Part shown: one piece after another, positions 38,610-48,665 of the stretch | Numbering within the stretch: the first letter of the stretch is position 1 | How the letters are laid out: each line of letters opens with the position of its first letter | Assembly: GCA_963774955.1 (NCBI GenBank) | Contig: CAVZGV010000006.1 | Location: 159,224 to 223,223 of the forward strand | Source of the DNA: Candidatus Falkowbacteria bacterium | GTDB lineage: Bacteria; Patescibacteriota; Patescibacteriia; CAIXNZ01 | Direction: 5' to 3' | Length of the DNA stretch: 64,000 bases | The notes under the pieces: model-generated | What the model was told of the DNA's origin: nothing | Databases searched by the model: none | The model's input: the letters and a program-made list of their open reading frames with translations, nothing else | Position numbers and translations under genes: made by a program

Positions 38610-39884
38610 TTATTTTATTAAAGTTTGTAAAATTTCTACGGCTTTATCCAATTGCGGATCTTTATCGTTACCAAAGTCATCTTCTGTCAATTCCACTTCC
38701 ACGTCAGGCTTTATGCCTTCACCATCAATCGTGTTTTCATTGGGTGTCAGCCATTGAGCTATTGTCAATTTAATTGCGGAGCCGTCATCAAGTGGATATA
38801 AACTCTGGACCGAACCTTTGCCAAATGATTTTTCGCCAACTAAGGTAGCAATTTTATAATCTTTCAAGGCACCGGCTACAATTTCCGAACCTGACGCGCT
38901 ACCCTGATTAATCAGGACAACTGTCGGAAAATCCTTTAACCGGGGCGTTACTGTGGATTTATGTTCCTGCAACCGACCATCGCTATATTTTTCAAAAACT
39001 ACAATTTTATCATCCACCCATTCACTGGCCACATCAATTGCCGTATTTAATAAACCACCGGGATTATTTCTTAAATCAAAAATTATACCTTTGGGATTTT
39101 TAGCAACTATAGCCATAATCGCTTTATTAAAATCAGCGTCTGTATCTTCATTAAAATAACGTAATTCCAGATGGACAATATTATTATCCAACATTTGCCA
39201 CTTAACACTCTGAATCTGAATTTTTTGTCTGGTAATCTTATATTCCTTTACTTGATCCATCCCATTACTGGCAACAGTCAAAGCTACCTCACTACCCCTC
39301 GGACCTCTTATTCTACTGACCGCGTAATCCAGACTCATGCCGGCAGTATCTTCGCCGTCTATGGCATAAATCTTATCCCCGCTTTTCAAACCGCCTTTTT
39401 CCGCCGGGGAATCCGGCAAAGGCGCTACTATAGTCAACTGTTCTTTTTTAATAGCTACTTCAGCTCCGATACCTTCAAAACTGCCGCCTAATTCATCATT
39501 AAATTTTTTATTGGTTTCCGGATCAAAGAATATAGAATGCGGATCTCCCAAGGCGGCCACACTACCGGCAATTGCTCCGTAATAAAGCTTTGTTTCACTG
39601 ACCGGTTGTTGGACATAATTATCTTCGATAAGCTTCCAAGCATCCCAAAACATTTTAAAATTGACGTCATTAGACAAAAATTTAGGTTCAACCTTTTTAT
39701 TATAGACTTGGCCGGAATCAATAACCTCGCTGGCATCATTAATTATTTTATATGACTGTCTGCCGCTAACTAACCCTAAAAGAAAGGCAATAAAAATCAG
39801 CAGCAATATTACATAAAACTTCATAAAACTACCGAAAAATTTTTTCTCTTGTTTTGGGGGACCCCAAAGCGAAGGCATTTCCAT
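38610..39884 (-). CDS. ctpA: S41 C-terminal processing peptidase
   Basis: DPHS, PDZ GIGA, DLRNNPGG, SASGSEI and FGKGSVQ motifs. Confidence 0.92.
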   Translation of the reverse strand: MEMPSLWGPPKQEKKFFGSFMKFYVILLLIFIAFLLGLVSGRQSYKIINDASEVIDSGQVYNKKVEPKFLSNDVNFKMFWDAWKLIEDNYVQQPVSETKLYYGAIAGSVAALGDPHSIFFDPETNKKFNDELGGSFEGIGAEVAIKKEQLTIVAPLPDSPAEKGGLKSGDKIYAIDGEDTAGMSLDYAVSRIRGPRGSEVALTVASNGMDQVKEYKITRQKIQIQSVKWQMLDNNIVHLELRYFNEDTDADFNKAIMAIVAKNPKGIIFDLRNNPGGLLNTAIDVASEWVDDKIVVFEKYSDGRLQEHKSTVTPRLKDFPTVVLINQGSASGSEIVAGALKDYKIATLVGEKSFGKGSVQSLYPLDDGSAIKLTIAQWLTPNENTIDGEGIKPDVEVELTEDDFGNDKDPQLDKAVEILQTLIK

Positions 39885-40093
39885 AGTTTAAAAATTATCA
39901 ACGCTCTTGGCGTGATGCCGCCATAGCGGCAAAATTTAGAACACACAGTTATCTTAACAAAAATTTACCAACCGTGCAATCTTGAAAATTTGGCGCTTAT
40001 ACGCTACAATGATAATATCAAAAAATTTAATCACTAAACACTGCGAATCGTCAATATTTAAATAATACCCTGGATTTTAATTATATATAACCT

Positions 40094-41350
40094 ATGGAAA
40101 AATATATCATTAATGGAGGCAGAAAATTAAGCGGCGAAATCTCTGTTTCAGGCGCAAAAAATTTGGCGCTTAAAATATTTCCGGCGGCAATATTATCTGA
40201 TCAGCCGATTTTAATTAAAAATGTGCCTGAGATTGAGGACATGCAGCGTTTGATTGAATTGATGAAAGATCTGGGTGCGAAAATAACCCGTCAAGCCAAA
40301 GGAGAATATCTAATTTCCACCAAAGGCATTAACAAAACAAAATTAAGACCTGATTTAGTTCATTGGCTGCGTTCATCTATTATGCTAGCCGGACCGATGC
40401 TGGCAAAATTTGGCGAAGTGACCCTCTCCCATCCTGGCGGATGCGTCATAGGCCAAAGACCGATTGATTTATTTTTGGAGGGATTTCAAAAAATGGGAGC
40501 CAAAATGATTGACGGCGGAACCGATTATACCTTACGAACAAAAAAATTAAAAGGCGCAAAAATTATCCTGCCTAAAATCAGTGTAACCGTAACTGAAAAT
40601 TTAATGATGGCAGCCACTTTGGCTGAAGGGGTAACTGAAATTAAGAATGCGGCCATGGAACCGGAAATTGTAGCCTTAGCTGAATATTTAAATACTCAAG
40701 GCGCCAAAATTCATGGTGCGGGCACACCAATTATTACCATAACTGGAGTCAAAGAATTATCAGCAGGTGAATTTGAAATTATTCCCGATCGGATTGAAAC
40801 AGGCACTTTCACTATTTTGGGGTTAATAACCAACAGCCGGATTAAGATCACCAACTGTAACCCTGAACATATTGAAAATTTGCTCTACACCCTGAATAAA
40901 GCCGGCGCCAAGCTGGACATTGGGCCTGATTACATTATCACCCACCCCAGTCAGTTACATGGCGCTAATATTGTTACCCACGAATACCCCGGATTCCCAA
41001 CCGACTTGCAGGCACCTTTCAGCGTCTTAATGACTCAGGCTCAGGGTATCAGCCTCATCCATGAAACAATATTTGAAGGCCGTTTGTTTTATACTGATAT
41101 TTTAAACCAAATGGGCGCCAATATAATCATGTGTGATCCGCATCGTGTCGTCATCAACGGACCGACTCCGCTTTATGGCCGTAAAGTAGTCAGCCCTGAT
41201 CTACGCGCAGGTATAAGTTTGGTCTTGGCAGCTCTGGTTGCTCAGGGCACTTCAACCATAGATAATATTTATCAAATAAACCGTGGTTATGAAAATATTG
41301 TACCTAAACTCCAAAAATTAGGGGTTGATATTAAACAAATTAGCGACTAG
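40094..41350 (+). CDS. murA: UDP-GlcNAc enolpyruvyl transferase
   Basis: GAKN, PGGCVIGQRP, PGFPTDLQ and DLRAG motifs. Confidence 0.96.
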   Translation: MEKYIINGGRKLSGEISVSGAKNLALKIFPAAILSDQPILIKNVPEIEDMQRLIELMKDLGAKITRQAKGEYLISTKGINKTKLRPDLVHWLRSSIMLAGPMLAKFGEVTLSHPGGCVIGQRPIDLFLEGFQKMGAKMIDGGTDYTLRTKKLKGAKIILPKISVTVTENLMMAATLAEGVTEIKNAAMEPEIVALAEYLNTQGAKIHGAGTPIITITGVKELSAGEFEIIPDRIETGTFTILGLITNSRIKITNCNPEHIENLLYTLNKAGAKLDIGPDYIITHPSQLHGANIVTHEYPGFPTDLQAPFSVLMTQAQGISLIHETIFEGRLFYTDILNQMGANIIMCDPHRVVINGPTPLYGRKVVSPDLRAGISLVLAALVAQGTSTIDNIYQINRGYENIVPKLQKLGVDIKQISD

Positions 41351-41352
41351 AT

Positions 41353-42735
41353 ATGCACATCAAAACCAGAAGAATTATAATGTTTTCTTTTATCCTGGCC
41401 TTTTTTATCTTAGCGCCTGTATTACTTTTTTATGCCTCAGGTTATCGTTTAGATTTCAAACGCTACCAAATCATTAAAACCGGCACCCTTTTTATTGAAG
41501 CTAAAGATATAAAAAAAGCAAATCTATATCTTAACGAAAAATTATACGAAAAGCAATTTGACGAAAAAATGTTTATCTATAATCTCATACCGGGAGAATA
41601 TACAATCAAATTGGAAAAGGACGGCTTTCACCCCTGGCAAAAAAAATCCGTAATTAATAGCAGCATGACCACCTTTGTCAAAGACGCAATATTATTCAAA
41701 AATGAAGTTCCCCTGCAACTGGTCGACGGTAAGATTATCAATTTTTCCTTATCGCCAGACTGGCAAAAAATTATTTATATTATCGCAAATGAGCCCTTTG
41801 ATGAATTTTATTTGTATGACATCGCCACAAATCAAAAAACCTTTTTATACCGCACAGCCTCCCAAGAAAGGCCGATTGACTTGGCCTGGGCACCAAGCAG
41901 TAAAAAAATCCTTACCCATTATGACACTAATTATGTGATTTTAGATAGTCAAAATAATAATAACCTCGCAGTAAATGAAATTACCAAGTTCAATCCGGCT
42001 AATGTTGTCTGGGATAATGGCAGCGATAATGTTCTGTATGCCCAATATCAAAATTCTCTATATAATATTGATCTATTTGGTAAAAACCTAGAAAAAATTT
42101 ACACAGCTGAAACAGGGAAATTATCGACGGAATTTCTAATTAACGGTAAGGATATTTTCTATATAACCCAAAATGAAAGTAATAACATACTCGCCAAATA
42201 TAATTCACAATTCAAAACTGACAAGAAGATACTCGAGCTCGGGAAATCCAGCAATTATAAATTCATTAACGGTATTAAAAATTATCTCGGGCTGATTGAT
42301 CTGGATCAAGAAAGGCTTCATTTGATCAAAATGAATAATAGCGACCTGGAAATAATCATTAGTTCGAAAGATCCGATCAAGGAATTCACGGCCAGAGATG
42401 CCTTATGGAACGACAGGAACAATCAGTTACTGCTTTATAACGATTTCGAAATTTCCACCTACCAAACTGATTCCAACAAAGAAGATGTTATTAACCGCTA
42501 TGGTCAGCAAATCAAAAAAATCGGCTGGTATCCTGATTTTGAGCATTTGGTAATCATGTTTGAAAACAACCTCCAAATTATTGATCTAACTCAAGAGGTC
42601 GGGACCAGAAATGCCATTAACATAATTAAGTTTGACAAGCTAAATGATTTTAACCTTGACCGAAATGGAGAAAAAATATTCTTTAGCGGAGCAATCGGCA
42701 AGCAACAAGGCATTTACCAATTGAATCTAAAATAA
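41353..42735 (+). CDS. PEGA-domain membrane-anchored protein with a beta-propeller-like region
   Basis: TM segment, GYRLD, NLIPGEYTIKLEKDGF, and SPD/WAP/WD-type repeats. Confidence 0.75.
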   Translation: MHIKTRRIIMFSFILAFFILAPVLLFYASGYRLDFKRYQIIKTGTLFIEAKDIKKANLYLNEKLYEKQFDEKMFIYNLIPGEYTIKLEKDGFHPWQKKSVINSSMTTFVKDAILFKNEVPLQLVDGKIINFSLSPDWQKIIYIIANEPFDEFYLYDIATNQKTFLYRTASQERPIDLAWAPSSKKILTHYDTNYVILDSQNNNNLAVNEITKFNPANVVWDNGSDNVLYAQYQNSLYNIDLFGKNLEKIYTAETGKLSTEFLINGKDIFYITQNESNNILAKYNSQFKTDKKILELGKSSNYKFINGIKNYLGLIDLDQERLHLIKMNNSDLEIIISSKDPIKEFTARDALWNDRNNQLLLYNDFEISTYQTDSNKEDVINRYGQQIKKIGWYPDFEHLVIMFENNLQIIDLTQEVGTRNAINIIKFDKLNDFNLDRNGEKIFFSGAIGKQQGIYQLNLK

Positions 42736-42793
42736 ATTTAAAAAGAATCTCGAGACCCGGGATTCTTTTTTTTGTAATCTATATATATTTAAA

Positions 42794-43504
42794 TTAAAGT
42801 TTGCTGGCCCAGATACTTGCCTTGAGTAATTCAGAATATGAATCAACATCAAACCATTCTTCCTTTAAGATATCGAAAGTCATTTGATTTTTACGGATGT
42901 AATAATTGTTAACATCGACTAATTCCAATTCACCGCGTATTGACGGCTGCAGACTGGGTATTACTTGCCAGACCTGAGAATCATAAAGACTTAAGCCGGT
43001 TATAGCCAAATCGCTTTTTGAAGATAAGGGGCGTTCTTCTATGCCGATAACCTCAGCCTTTTCAATTTTGGCAATTGTAAACAATTCCGGTTTAACGACT
43101 TGTTTAAGGATAATTTTAGCGCCGCTGCCATTAGCTTCAAATTCATTTATGAAAAGGCTAATATCCTGTTCGATTATATTATCGCCCAAAATCACCGCGA
43201 CTTTGTCATCCTGGGCAAAAGCCTGACAAAGACTTAAGGCTTGGGCAATGCCACGAGCTTCTTTTTGCACGCCAAAGCTAAATTCTATATTTTTAAAATA
43301 ATGAGGGTTTAAAAGCTTTTTAAACTGATCAATACTTTCACTGCCTGTAACCACCATGATTTTATTCAAGCCGGCCTTGGCCAGAGTTTCTATCGGATAA
43401 AAAATCATCGGTTTATCATAAACCGGCAACAAATGTTTATTCACAACGGCAGTGCAGGGATACATACGCGATCCCATTCCGCCTGCAATAATGATCCCTT
43501 TCAT
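42794..43504 (-). CDS. Sugar-phosphate nucleotidyltransferase (RfbA/SpsI-like), copy 2
   Basis: GIIIAGGMGSR, KHLLPVYDKPMI, LGDN and RGELE. Confidence 0.88.
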   Translation of the reverse strand: MKGIIIAGGMGSRMYPCTAVVNKHLLPVYDKPMIFYPIETLAKAGLNKIMVVTGSESIDQFKKLLNPHYFKNIEFSFGVQKEARGIAQALSLCQAFAQDDKVAVILGDNIIEQDISLFINEFEANGSGAKIILKQVVKPELFTIAKIEKAEVIGIEERPLSSKSDLAITGLSLYDSQVWQVIPSLQPSIRGELELVDVNNYYIRKNQMTFDILKEEWFDVDSYSELLKASIWASKL

Positions 43505-43511
43505 AAAAAAA

Positions 43512-44243
43512 TTAAAGTTTAGATACAAATTTGTCCTGTAATTTTTCCTTAGCTAAATTTTGAGCTTTGAGCAAACTGTCAAAAGTACCAGCATCAATCC
43601 AGTCCCCTGCCACAATAGCGACATCCAGTTCACCTTTAGCCAAATACCAATTATGTAAATCAACGATCTCAGTCTCCCCCCTTGAACTAGGCTGCAAATT
43701 TTTAGCGGCTTCTACCACCCGGTGATCATAAAGATACAAACCGGTAATGGCATAATCGCTCAGCCACTCCTGAGGTTTTTCAACTATTTTTACAGCTTTT
43801 AAATTATCATCAAACTTAACCACGCCGAATCTTTCAGGATCTGGGACTTTCCTGGCAAAAACCTTGGCCCCTGATTTGAAATTTTTTATATCCTCGACAA
43901 AATCATCCTCAAAAATATTATCACCCAAAATCATAGCCACATTTTCCTGGTCAATGAAATTTTCACCGATTACAAATGCTTCGGGCAGACCTGAGGGTTT
44001 GTCCTGAATTTCATAAGTAAATCTGACACCGAAATCCTTTCCGCTGCCCAATAAATTCAAAAAGTCACCGGCTTTTTCCGGCGCCACAATGATCAGAATT
44101 TCCTTAATCCCGGCCTTAATCAGGGTATTTAAAGGATAATAAATCATGGGCCGGTTATAGACCGGTAATAATTGTTTGCTGGTTACTTTGGTGCAGGGTC
44201 GCAACCGAGTCGCTGCCCCGCCTGCTAATATTATTCCGCGCAT
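43512..44243 (-). CDS. rfbA: Glucose-1-phosphate thymidylyltransferase (short form)
   Basis: GIILAGG..TRL, SKQLLPVY, EKP and WIDAGT. Confidence 0.88.
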   Translation of the reverse strand: MRGIILAGGAATRLRPCTKVTSKQLLPVYNRPMIYYPLNTLIKAGIKEILIIVAPEKAGDFLNLLGSGKDFGVRFTYEIQDKPSGLPEAFVIGENFIDQENVAMILGDNIFEDDFVEDIKNFKSGAKVFARKVPDPERFGVVKFDDNLKAVKIVEKPQEWLSDYAITGLYLYDHRVVEAAKNLQPSSRGETEIVDLHNWYLAKGELDVAIVAGDWIDAGTFDSLLKAQNLAKEKLQDKFVSKL

Positions 44244-44336
44244 ATTCGAAACTTAAATTATTAAATGATTTATTTATCTCGACAGATAATCAAGTCAAGG
44301 CCTATATCCCAATTTCTCAACGGAGGCAACTTAGTA

Positions 44337-45119
44337 TTAATCAAGGCCGAATGAGCACGGACGTTTCGCCGGCCTGACATAGTCCTGACTGCTACAAGGC
44401 AAAACCTTAACCTCAAATTTAGCCAGTTCTATTATTTTTTGGGCAAATTCATACCAGCTGATACCGCCTGCTTTAGTTTCATTAGTCACATGATAAACTC
44501 CAAAAGGCAAATCATTATTTAAAATATATAACATCTGTCTGGCCAAATCAACAGTATAAGTCGGCTTGCCAAACTGGTCATTAACGACTTTTAACTCTTG
44601 CCCCTCTTTGCCTAATTTCAACATGGTTTCAACAAAATTATTGCCGTTTTTACCGTAAAGCCAGGAAGTGCGGATTAAATAATATTTATCTGAAATCATT
44701 TTTAAAGTTTTTTCGCCTAAAAATTTTGATTCACCGTAAAAATTAACAGGACCAAATTCCTGAGAATCCTCCTTATAACCTTTTTCGTTTTGACCGTTAA
44801 AAACATAATCAGTGGAAATGTGGACTAAAACAGCCCCAACTTTCTTTGCCACCAAAGCTAAATAACCAACAGCCTGATTGTTCAGCTGCAAAGCCAAATC
44901 CTTGTGGGTTTCGCAATCATCAACTGCCGTATAGGCGGCACAGTTAATAATGATTTGAGGCTTTAACTGGGTTATTTTATCATCCACCTGATTTTGATCA
45001 GTTATATCAATTTCCGCCTTATCCCAAAGGGTTAAACTACAATCAAGCAAAACCTTGGCCAAATCCTGACCCAGCATGCCTTTCGCGCCCAAAATTAAAA
45101 TTTTAGTCTGTTTATCCAT
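44337..45119 (-). CDS. rfbD: dTDP-4-dehydrorhamnose reductase (C-terminus frameshifted)
   Basis: GAKGMLG, AAYTAVD, STDYVF, YGESK and DQFGKPT. The expected tail SALINTKLPPLRNW is in another frame. Confidence 0.9.
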   Translation of the reverse strand: MDKQTKILILGAKGMLGQDLAKVLLDCSLTLWDKAEIDITDQNQVDDKITQLKPQIIINCAAYTAVDDCETHKDLALQLNNQAVGYLALVAKKVGAVLVHISTDYVFNGQNEKGYKEDSQEFGPVNFYGESKFLGEKTLKMISDKYYLIRTSWLYGKNGNNFVETMLKLGKEGQELKVVNDQFGKPTYTVDLARQMLYILNNDLPFGVYHVTNETKAGGISWYEFAQKIIELAKFEVKVLPCSSQDYVRPAKRPCSFGLD

Positions 45120-45187
45120 ACATTAAATTTATCCTAAAAACCCCAATTACGCAAATAAAAAAGCCTCTTGCCATAAAACAAAAGGCT

Positions 45188-45547
45188 TTAATCATCATTC
45201 TGTTCTAAAAACTCCCCAAAAGAAGACTCCTCAAATATGTCCTGCCACAAATCAGCGCTGGGGAAATACAGATCAACCTTGGCAACATTTGCTTGGGATT
45301 TTTCCCAATCTTCAGTTTCTTTATACCAGTAGGCCAGTAATCCATAAACAATGGGCAGTGTGCCATCCTGAGCTATTCCGAGCAACCACTCTTCCAGCTG
45401 GGAAATCAGATAAGTAAACCGTAAACCGGTAAATTCAATGAAGAAATCCAGGCACTGCTGGTCATTAAACTGAAGTTCCATTTGTTCATTAAAAACTTTT
45501 AGTTTTTTCAGCCAGAGCTCTTTTTCCGCAGAAGAAAAAACTATCAT
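45188..45547 (-). CDS. Hypothetical protein
   Basis: ORF with a TAAGGAGG RBS. Confidence 0.65.
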   Translation of the reverse strand: MIVFSSAEKELWLKKLKVFNEQMELQFNDQQCLDFFIEFTGLRFTYLISQLEEWLLGIAQDGTLPIVYGLLAYWYKETEDWEKSQANVAKVDLYFPSADLWQDIFEESSFGEFLEQNDD

Positions 45548-45684
45548 TTAATTACCTCCTTATTTAAGAATCCTATGTATTATCATATGCAAATTTAAAT
45601 TAAATGTCAAGATTATCCCTTGACTTTAGCCAAAATTAATGCTATAATTACCATATAAACTCTTATATAATAAGCTTAATAAAT

Positions 45685-46248
45685 ATGCCTAGGTTTGAAA
45701 ATATAGAACAAGCTGGAAAGCGCGATCTTAAAAAATTTCAGGCCGTCGTCTCAGAAGGCCTGAGAAAGGATCCTGCAGCCCAAGAGGCCAATTCTAAATT
45801 AAATATGTTAGGTCAACAGCGTGATGAGCGCTGGAATCTTAGTAATGAAGGTGAAAAAGGTGTTCAAGGGATTATTTCTAAGTTTGACCAGGATAATCAA
45901 CAACTATTAAAAAATCTGGCCGAGGATTTTAGTTCTGAAAAACAAACAAAGTCTGATCTTTGTGAAGCCATAATTCTTAAAGCTCAGGCGATGCTTCCCG
46001 ACATGACGGTTAAAGGCTTAGAAGATCAAATAAGCCAGGCCAAAAATAATAAAGATTTCCAGGGCCATGCCAAATCAATGGAAAACATCTCGCTACTGAC
46101 TCAAATCTGGGATAACCAACTTAAAGCCTTGGAAACTAAAAGTAAAGAAGGCCAGGAGCTTTCTACTGCTGATAAATATAAGAAAGTAAAATTGGATAAG
46201 GCCGTAAACCAAGCGAGGAAAATTATGATCGATTATAGCTGGGCCTAA
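45685..46248 (+). CDS. Hypothetical charged helical protein
   Basis: ORF; promoter TTGACT-17-TATAAT at about 45620-45648. Confidence 0.7.
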   Translation: MPRFENIEQAGKRDLKKFQAVVSEGLRKDPAAQEANSKLNMLGQQRDERWNLSNEGEKGVQGIISKFDQDNQQLLKNLAEDFSSEKQTKSDLCEAIILKAQAMLPDMTVKGLEDQISQAKNNKDFQGHAKSMENISLLTQIWDNQLKALETKSKEGQELSTADKYKKVKLDKAVNQARKIMIDYSWA

Positions 46249-46323
46249 ATCTAAAAAATTATTTTAAATTCAATTTCTATTACTTAAATAAATTCGTAGA
46301 ACTAACAATTAAACTATATTAAT

Positions 46324-46824
46324 ATGAAGACGGAATTTGAAAGCCCAAACTTAGCAGGGGGAAAAATGCCAGGGATAATGTCCAATGAAGAAGCCATGAG
46401 GCAAGCTCAGCAGGAAGGTGCCACTTTAATGCAAACATTAGACAGAGAAAGTACAAAAATGGAACAAGCCACCCCTGAAAAATTGGTTGAATATGTTAAA
46501 TATTGCGAGAAAAGAATTGGCAGCGATCCTCGTATAAAAACTTATCCCGGCCTGGATGAAAGTGTGCGCAAAGCCGAAAGAAAAGCCCTGGCACTTTTGG
46601 AAGATCAGGGGCTGGAAATGGTATCAAAAAAAATCATGGCAGCTAAAAAACTTACTCCGGCTGAGAAAGCCAATATTACTGAAACCGTCATTGATGACTT
46701 GGATCAAATGATAACTTACTGGCAAAAAAAATCTGAAGGCAAGATTGATTTGGCCAGTTCGGAAAAGCTTAAAAGATTAATGTTTGATGCGAAAACCCTA
46801 AAAGATTCGCAATTTAATGCTTAA
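46324..46824 (+). CDS. Hypothetical charged helical protein
   Basis: ORF followed by a terminator hairpin at about 46844-46872. Confidence 0.7.
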   Translation: MKTEFESPNLAGGKMPGIMSNEEAMRQAQQEGATLMQTLDRESTKMEQATPEKLVEYVKYCEKRIGSDPRIKTYPGLDESVRKAERKALALLEDQGLEMVSKKIMAAKKLTPAEKANITETVIDDLDQMITYWQKKSEGKIDLASSEKLKRLMFDAKTLKDSQFNA

Positions 46825-46937
46825 ATAATCTATATTTATGTCAAAAACTCTCCGCATACATAGGAGAGTTTTTGCTTTACTTAAATGCTTAATTTGCTAT
46901 AATTAAATTAAATAGCTCGTAATTTAATTTATTGACT

Positions 46938-47102
46938 ATGGATTTCCAAGCCAAAGCAGCCAAAATCAAAGAGCTTTTTGATAATTTCTTGATTAAATTG
47001 TCAAATATTCAGCGTAAGAAGCTGGAAGTTTTTAAGCGACTTGAAAGCCAGCAAGAACGGAAAAAAATCGAAAACATCGAAGAAAAAATTAAAAATTTAT
47101 AA
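46938..47102 (+). CDS. Small helical protein (54 aa; not in the ORF track)
   Basis: MDFQAKAAKIKELFDNFLIKLSNIQRKKLEVFKRLESQQERKKIENIEEKIKNL; TGCTATAAT upstream. Confidence 0.6.
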   Translation: MDFQAKAAKIKELFDNFLIKLSNIQRKKLEVFKRLESQQERKKIENIEEKIKNL

Positions 47103-47112
47103 ATTTATTTTT

Positions 47113-47241
47113 ATGACCACAAATCATTACCAGAAAAAAGCCAAAAAAATCTTCAAGCATACCCTGACTTTTTTAAGTAACCTCGCAAAAATTCAGAGTA
47201 AAAAATACAAGCTCTACAATAAACTATCTAATTCCAAATAA
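47113..47241 (+). CDS. Small basic protein (42 aa), similar to the preceding ORF
   Basis: MTTNHYQKKAKKIFKHTLTFLSNLAKIQSKK... Confidence 0.45.
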   Translation: MTTNHYQKKAKKIFKHTLTFLSNLAKIQSKKYKLYNKLSNSK

Positions 47242-47251
47242 TCAATATTTT

Positions 47252-48100
47252 ATGAATACCGAAACCCAACCAAGTGCTTCAAGAAAACGCGAACAATTAG
47301 TCAGCCAAGAGGCCAAAATAGTATCTGGTATAAATAGCCAGGAAGATTTTGATGAAATGATGGCTTCAATCGCTCTGGAAGCCGAGGCTCCGCTTAAAGA
47401 TGCCAGTTCAACTCCCCTAGACAAAAAATATCCTCAAGAAGCCGGACTAATAGATGCTGAAACCAAAAAGCTGGTAGCAGAGTTTATTAGTAAGGTTAAA
47501 GCAGCAAATGAAGGTACTGTACCTCCGGCCTTTAAAAAATTGGAGGAAAAATATCCGGGTGGTGCCTGGACTGAGGATAGAGTAGCGGCTTTAAGGGCTA
47601 AAATGGCTAAAAGAGGGGCTGTCGAGGCTACACCAAAAATCTCATCTGAAGAGGAAGCTGAGCAAAAGGCCCAAGGCGAACGTTTCCGGGCTATGGGCGA
47701 ATTAACTACAAATTTGATGGAAGAAGACAATAAACTCAATACCGTTATCAACCAAATGGAATCAGGCGAAATTACCGGTGCTCAGGAAAAAACGATTGAA
47801 ACACTTGATAAATTCATAGAAGCAAAACTTATAGAACTTAAAGTGTCAGCGCAGGAACGCTTTGAAATTCTTAAATTATTACCGAATTTTATAAAGGCTA
47901 AAAAGACTGTTTTGGAATTTCACATCAACCGCGATGAAGCCACGGCCGCAACAATGGAAAAAAATTATAAACAAGGCAAAATCCAAGGTGAAGTTGACCC
48001 CAGCACCAAAAAAGTAATTCCGCCCAAAAGAATAGATTTTCTCAGATTAAAGGCCAAAAAATCCAGGGCTGAATTGCAGAGATACAATATAGCGGCATAA
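47252..48100 (+). CDS. Hypothetical charged helical protein
   Basis: 282-aa ORF; terminator at about 48119-48147. Confidence 0.7.
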   Translation: MNTETQPSASRKREQLVSQEAKIVSGINSQEDFDEMMASIALEAEAPLKDASSTPLDKKYPQEAGLIDAETKKLVAEFISKVKAANEGTVPPAFKKLEEKYPGGAWTEDRVAALRAKMAKRGAVEATPKISSEEEAEQKAQGERFRAMGELTTNLMEEDNKLNTVINQMESGEITGAQEKTIETLDKFIEAKLIELKVSAQERFEILKLLPNFIKAKKTVLEFHINRDEATAATMEKNYKQGKIQGEVDPSTKKVIPPKRIDFLRLKAKKSRAELQRYNIAA

Positions 48101-48131
48101 AATATTTTAACCTACTTAAAAGGACTCCGCG

Positions 48132-48620
48132 CTACGGAGTCCTTTTTATTATTTTTTCAATTTTACGGATAACATTTTTGCTTTCCATTATTTTCCGATG
48201 ATGAAAATCAATAAAAATCAACCAGCTGGCCACTAAAACACCGGCAGAATCTATCAGGACATCACGATAAGTCCCGACCCTGCCTGATATAAATGACTGA
48301 TGATATTCATCAGAAACTGCATATAAAACTGTAAAAATAAAGGCCCAGCCAATATCCCAGTAAATATGTTTCTTCTCGGTCTGGCGTAAAATCCTAAAAA
48401 TCAAGAGAGTTAAAACTGCAAATTCAAACATATGGGCCATTTTACGTAAAATGAAACTCCAGATATCAAAAGAGCTGAAGAATCCTAACGACTGGTTGGA
48501 CAAAAAATAAATTGCCGCCATCCAGACAACCACCGAAATGTATTTTTCATATTTCTGAAAATGTTTGTGGTTGATTAGATTTTGGACTTTAGATTTTAAA
48601 TTTTGGATTATTTTTGACAT
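48132..48620 (-). CDS. VanZ-family membrane protein
   Basis: RKMAHMFEF, YAVSDEYHQSF..GR and DVLID. Confidence 0.88.
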   Translation of the reverse strand: MSKIIQNLKSKVQNLINHKHFQKYEKYISVVVWMAAIYFLSNQSLGFFSSFDIWSFILRKMAHMFEFAVLTLLIFRILRQTEKKHIYWDIGWAFIFTVLYAVSDEYHQSFISGRVGTYRDVLIDSAGVLVASWLIFIDFHHRKIMESKNVIRKIEKIIKRTP

Positions 48621-48665
48621 TAGTATGTATATTTAGATTAAATATTAACTTCCAAACTTTAGACT

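Noticed and set aside
37560-38773. Overlapping alternative-frame ORFs in the high-GC gene
   Set aside because: Expected from stop-codon scarcity at high GC; only 37449-38540 has an RBS, signal peptide and terminator.
39984-40175. AAAATTTGGCGCTTA present in both the murA promoter and the murA coding sequence
   Set aside because: Two AT-rich copies, one encoding the conserved KNLAL segment; chance cannot be excluded.
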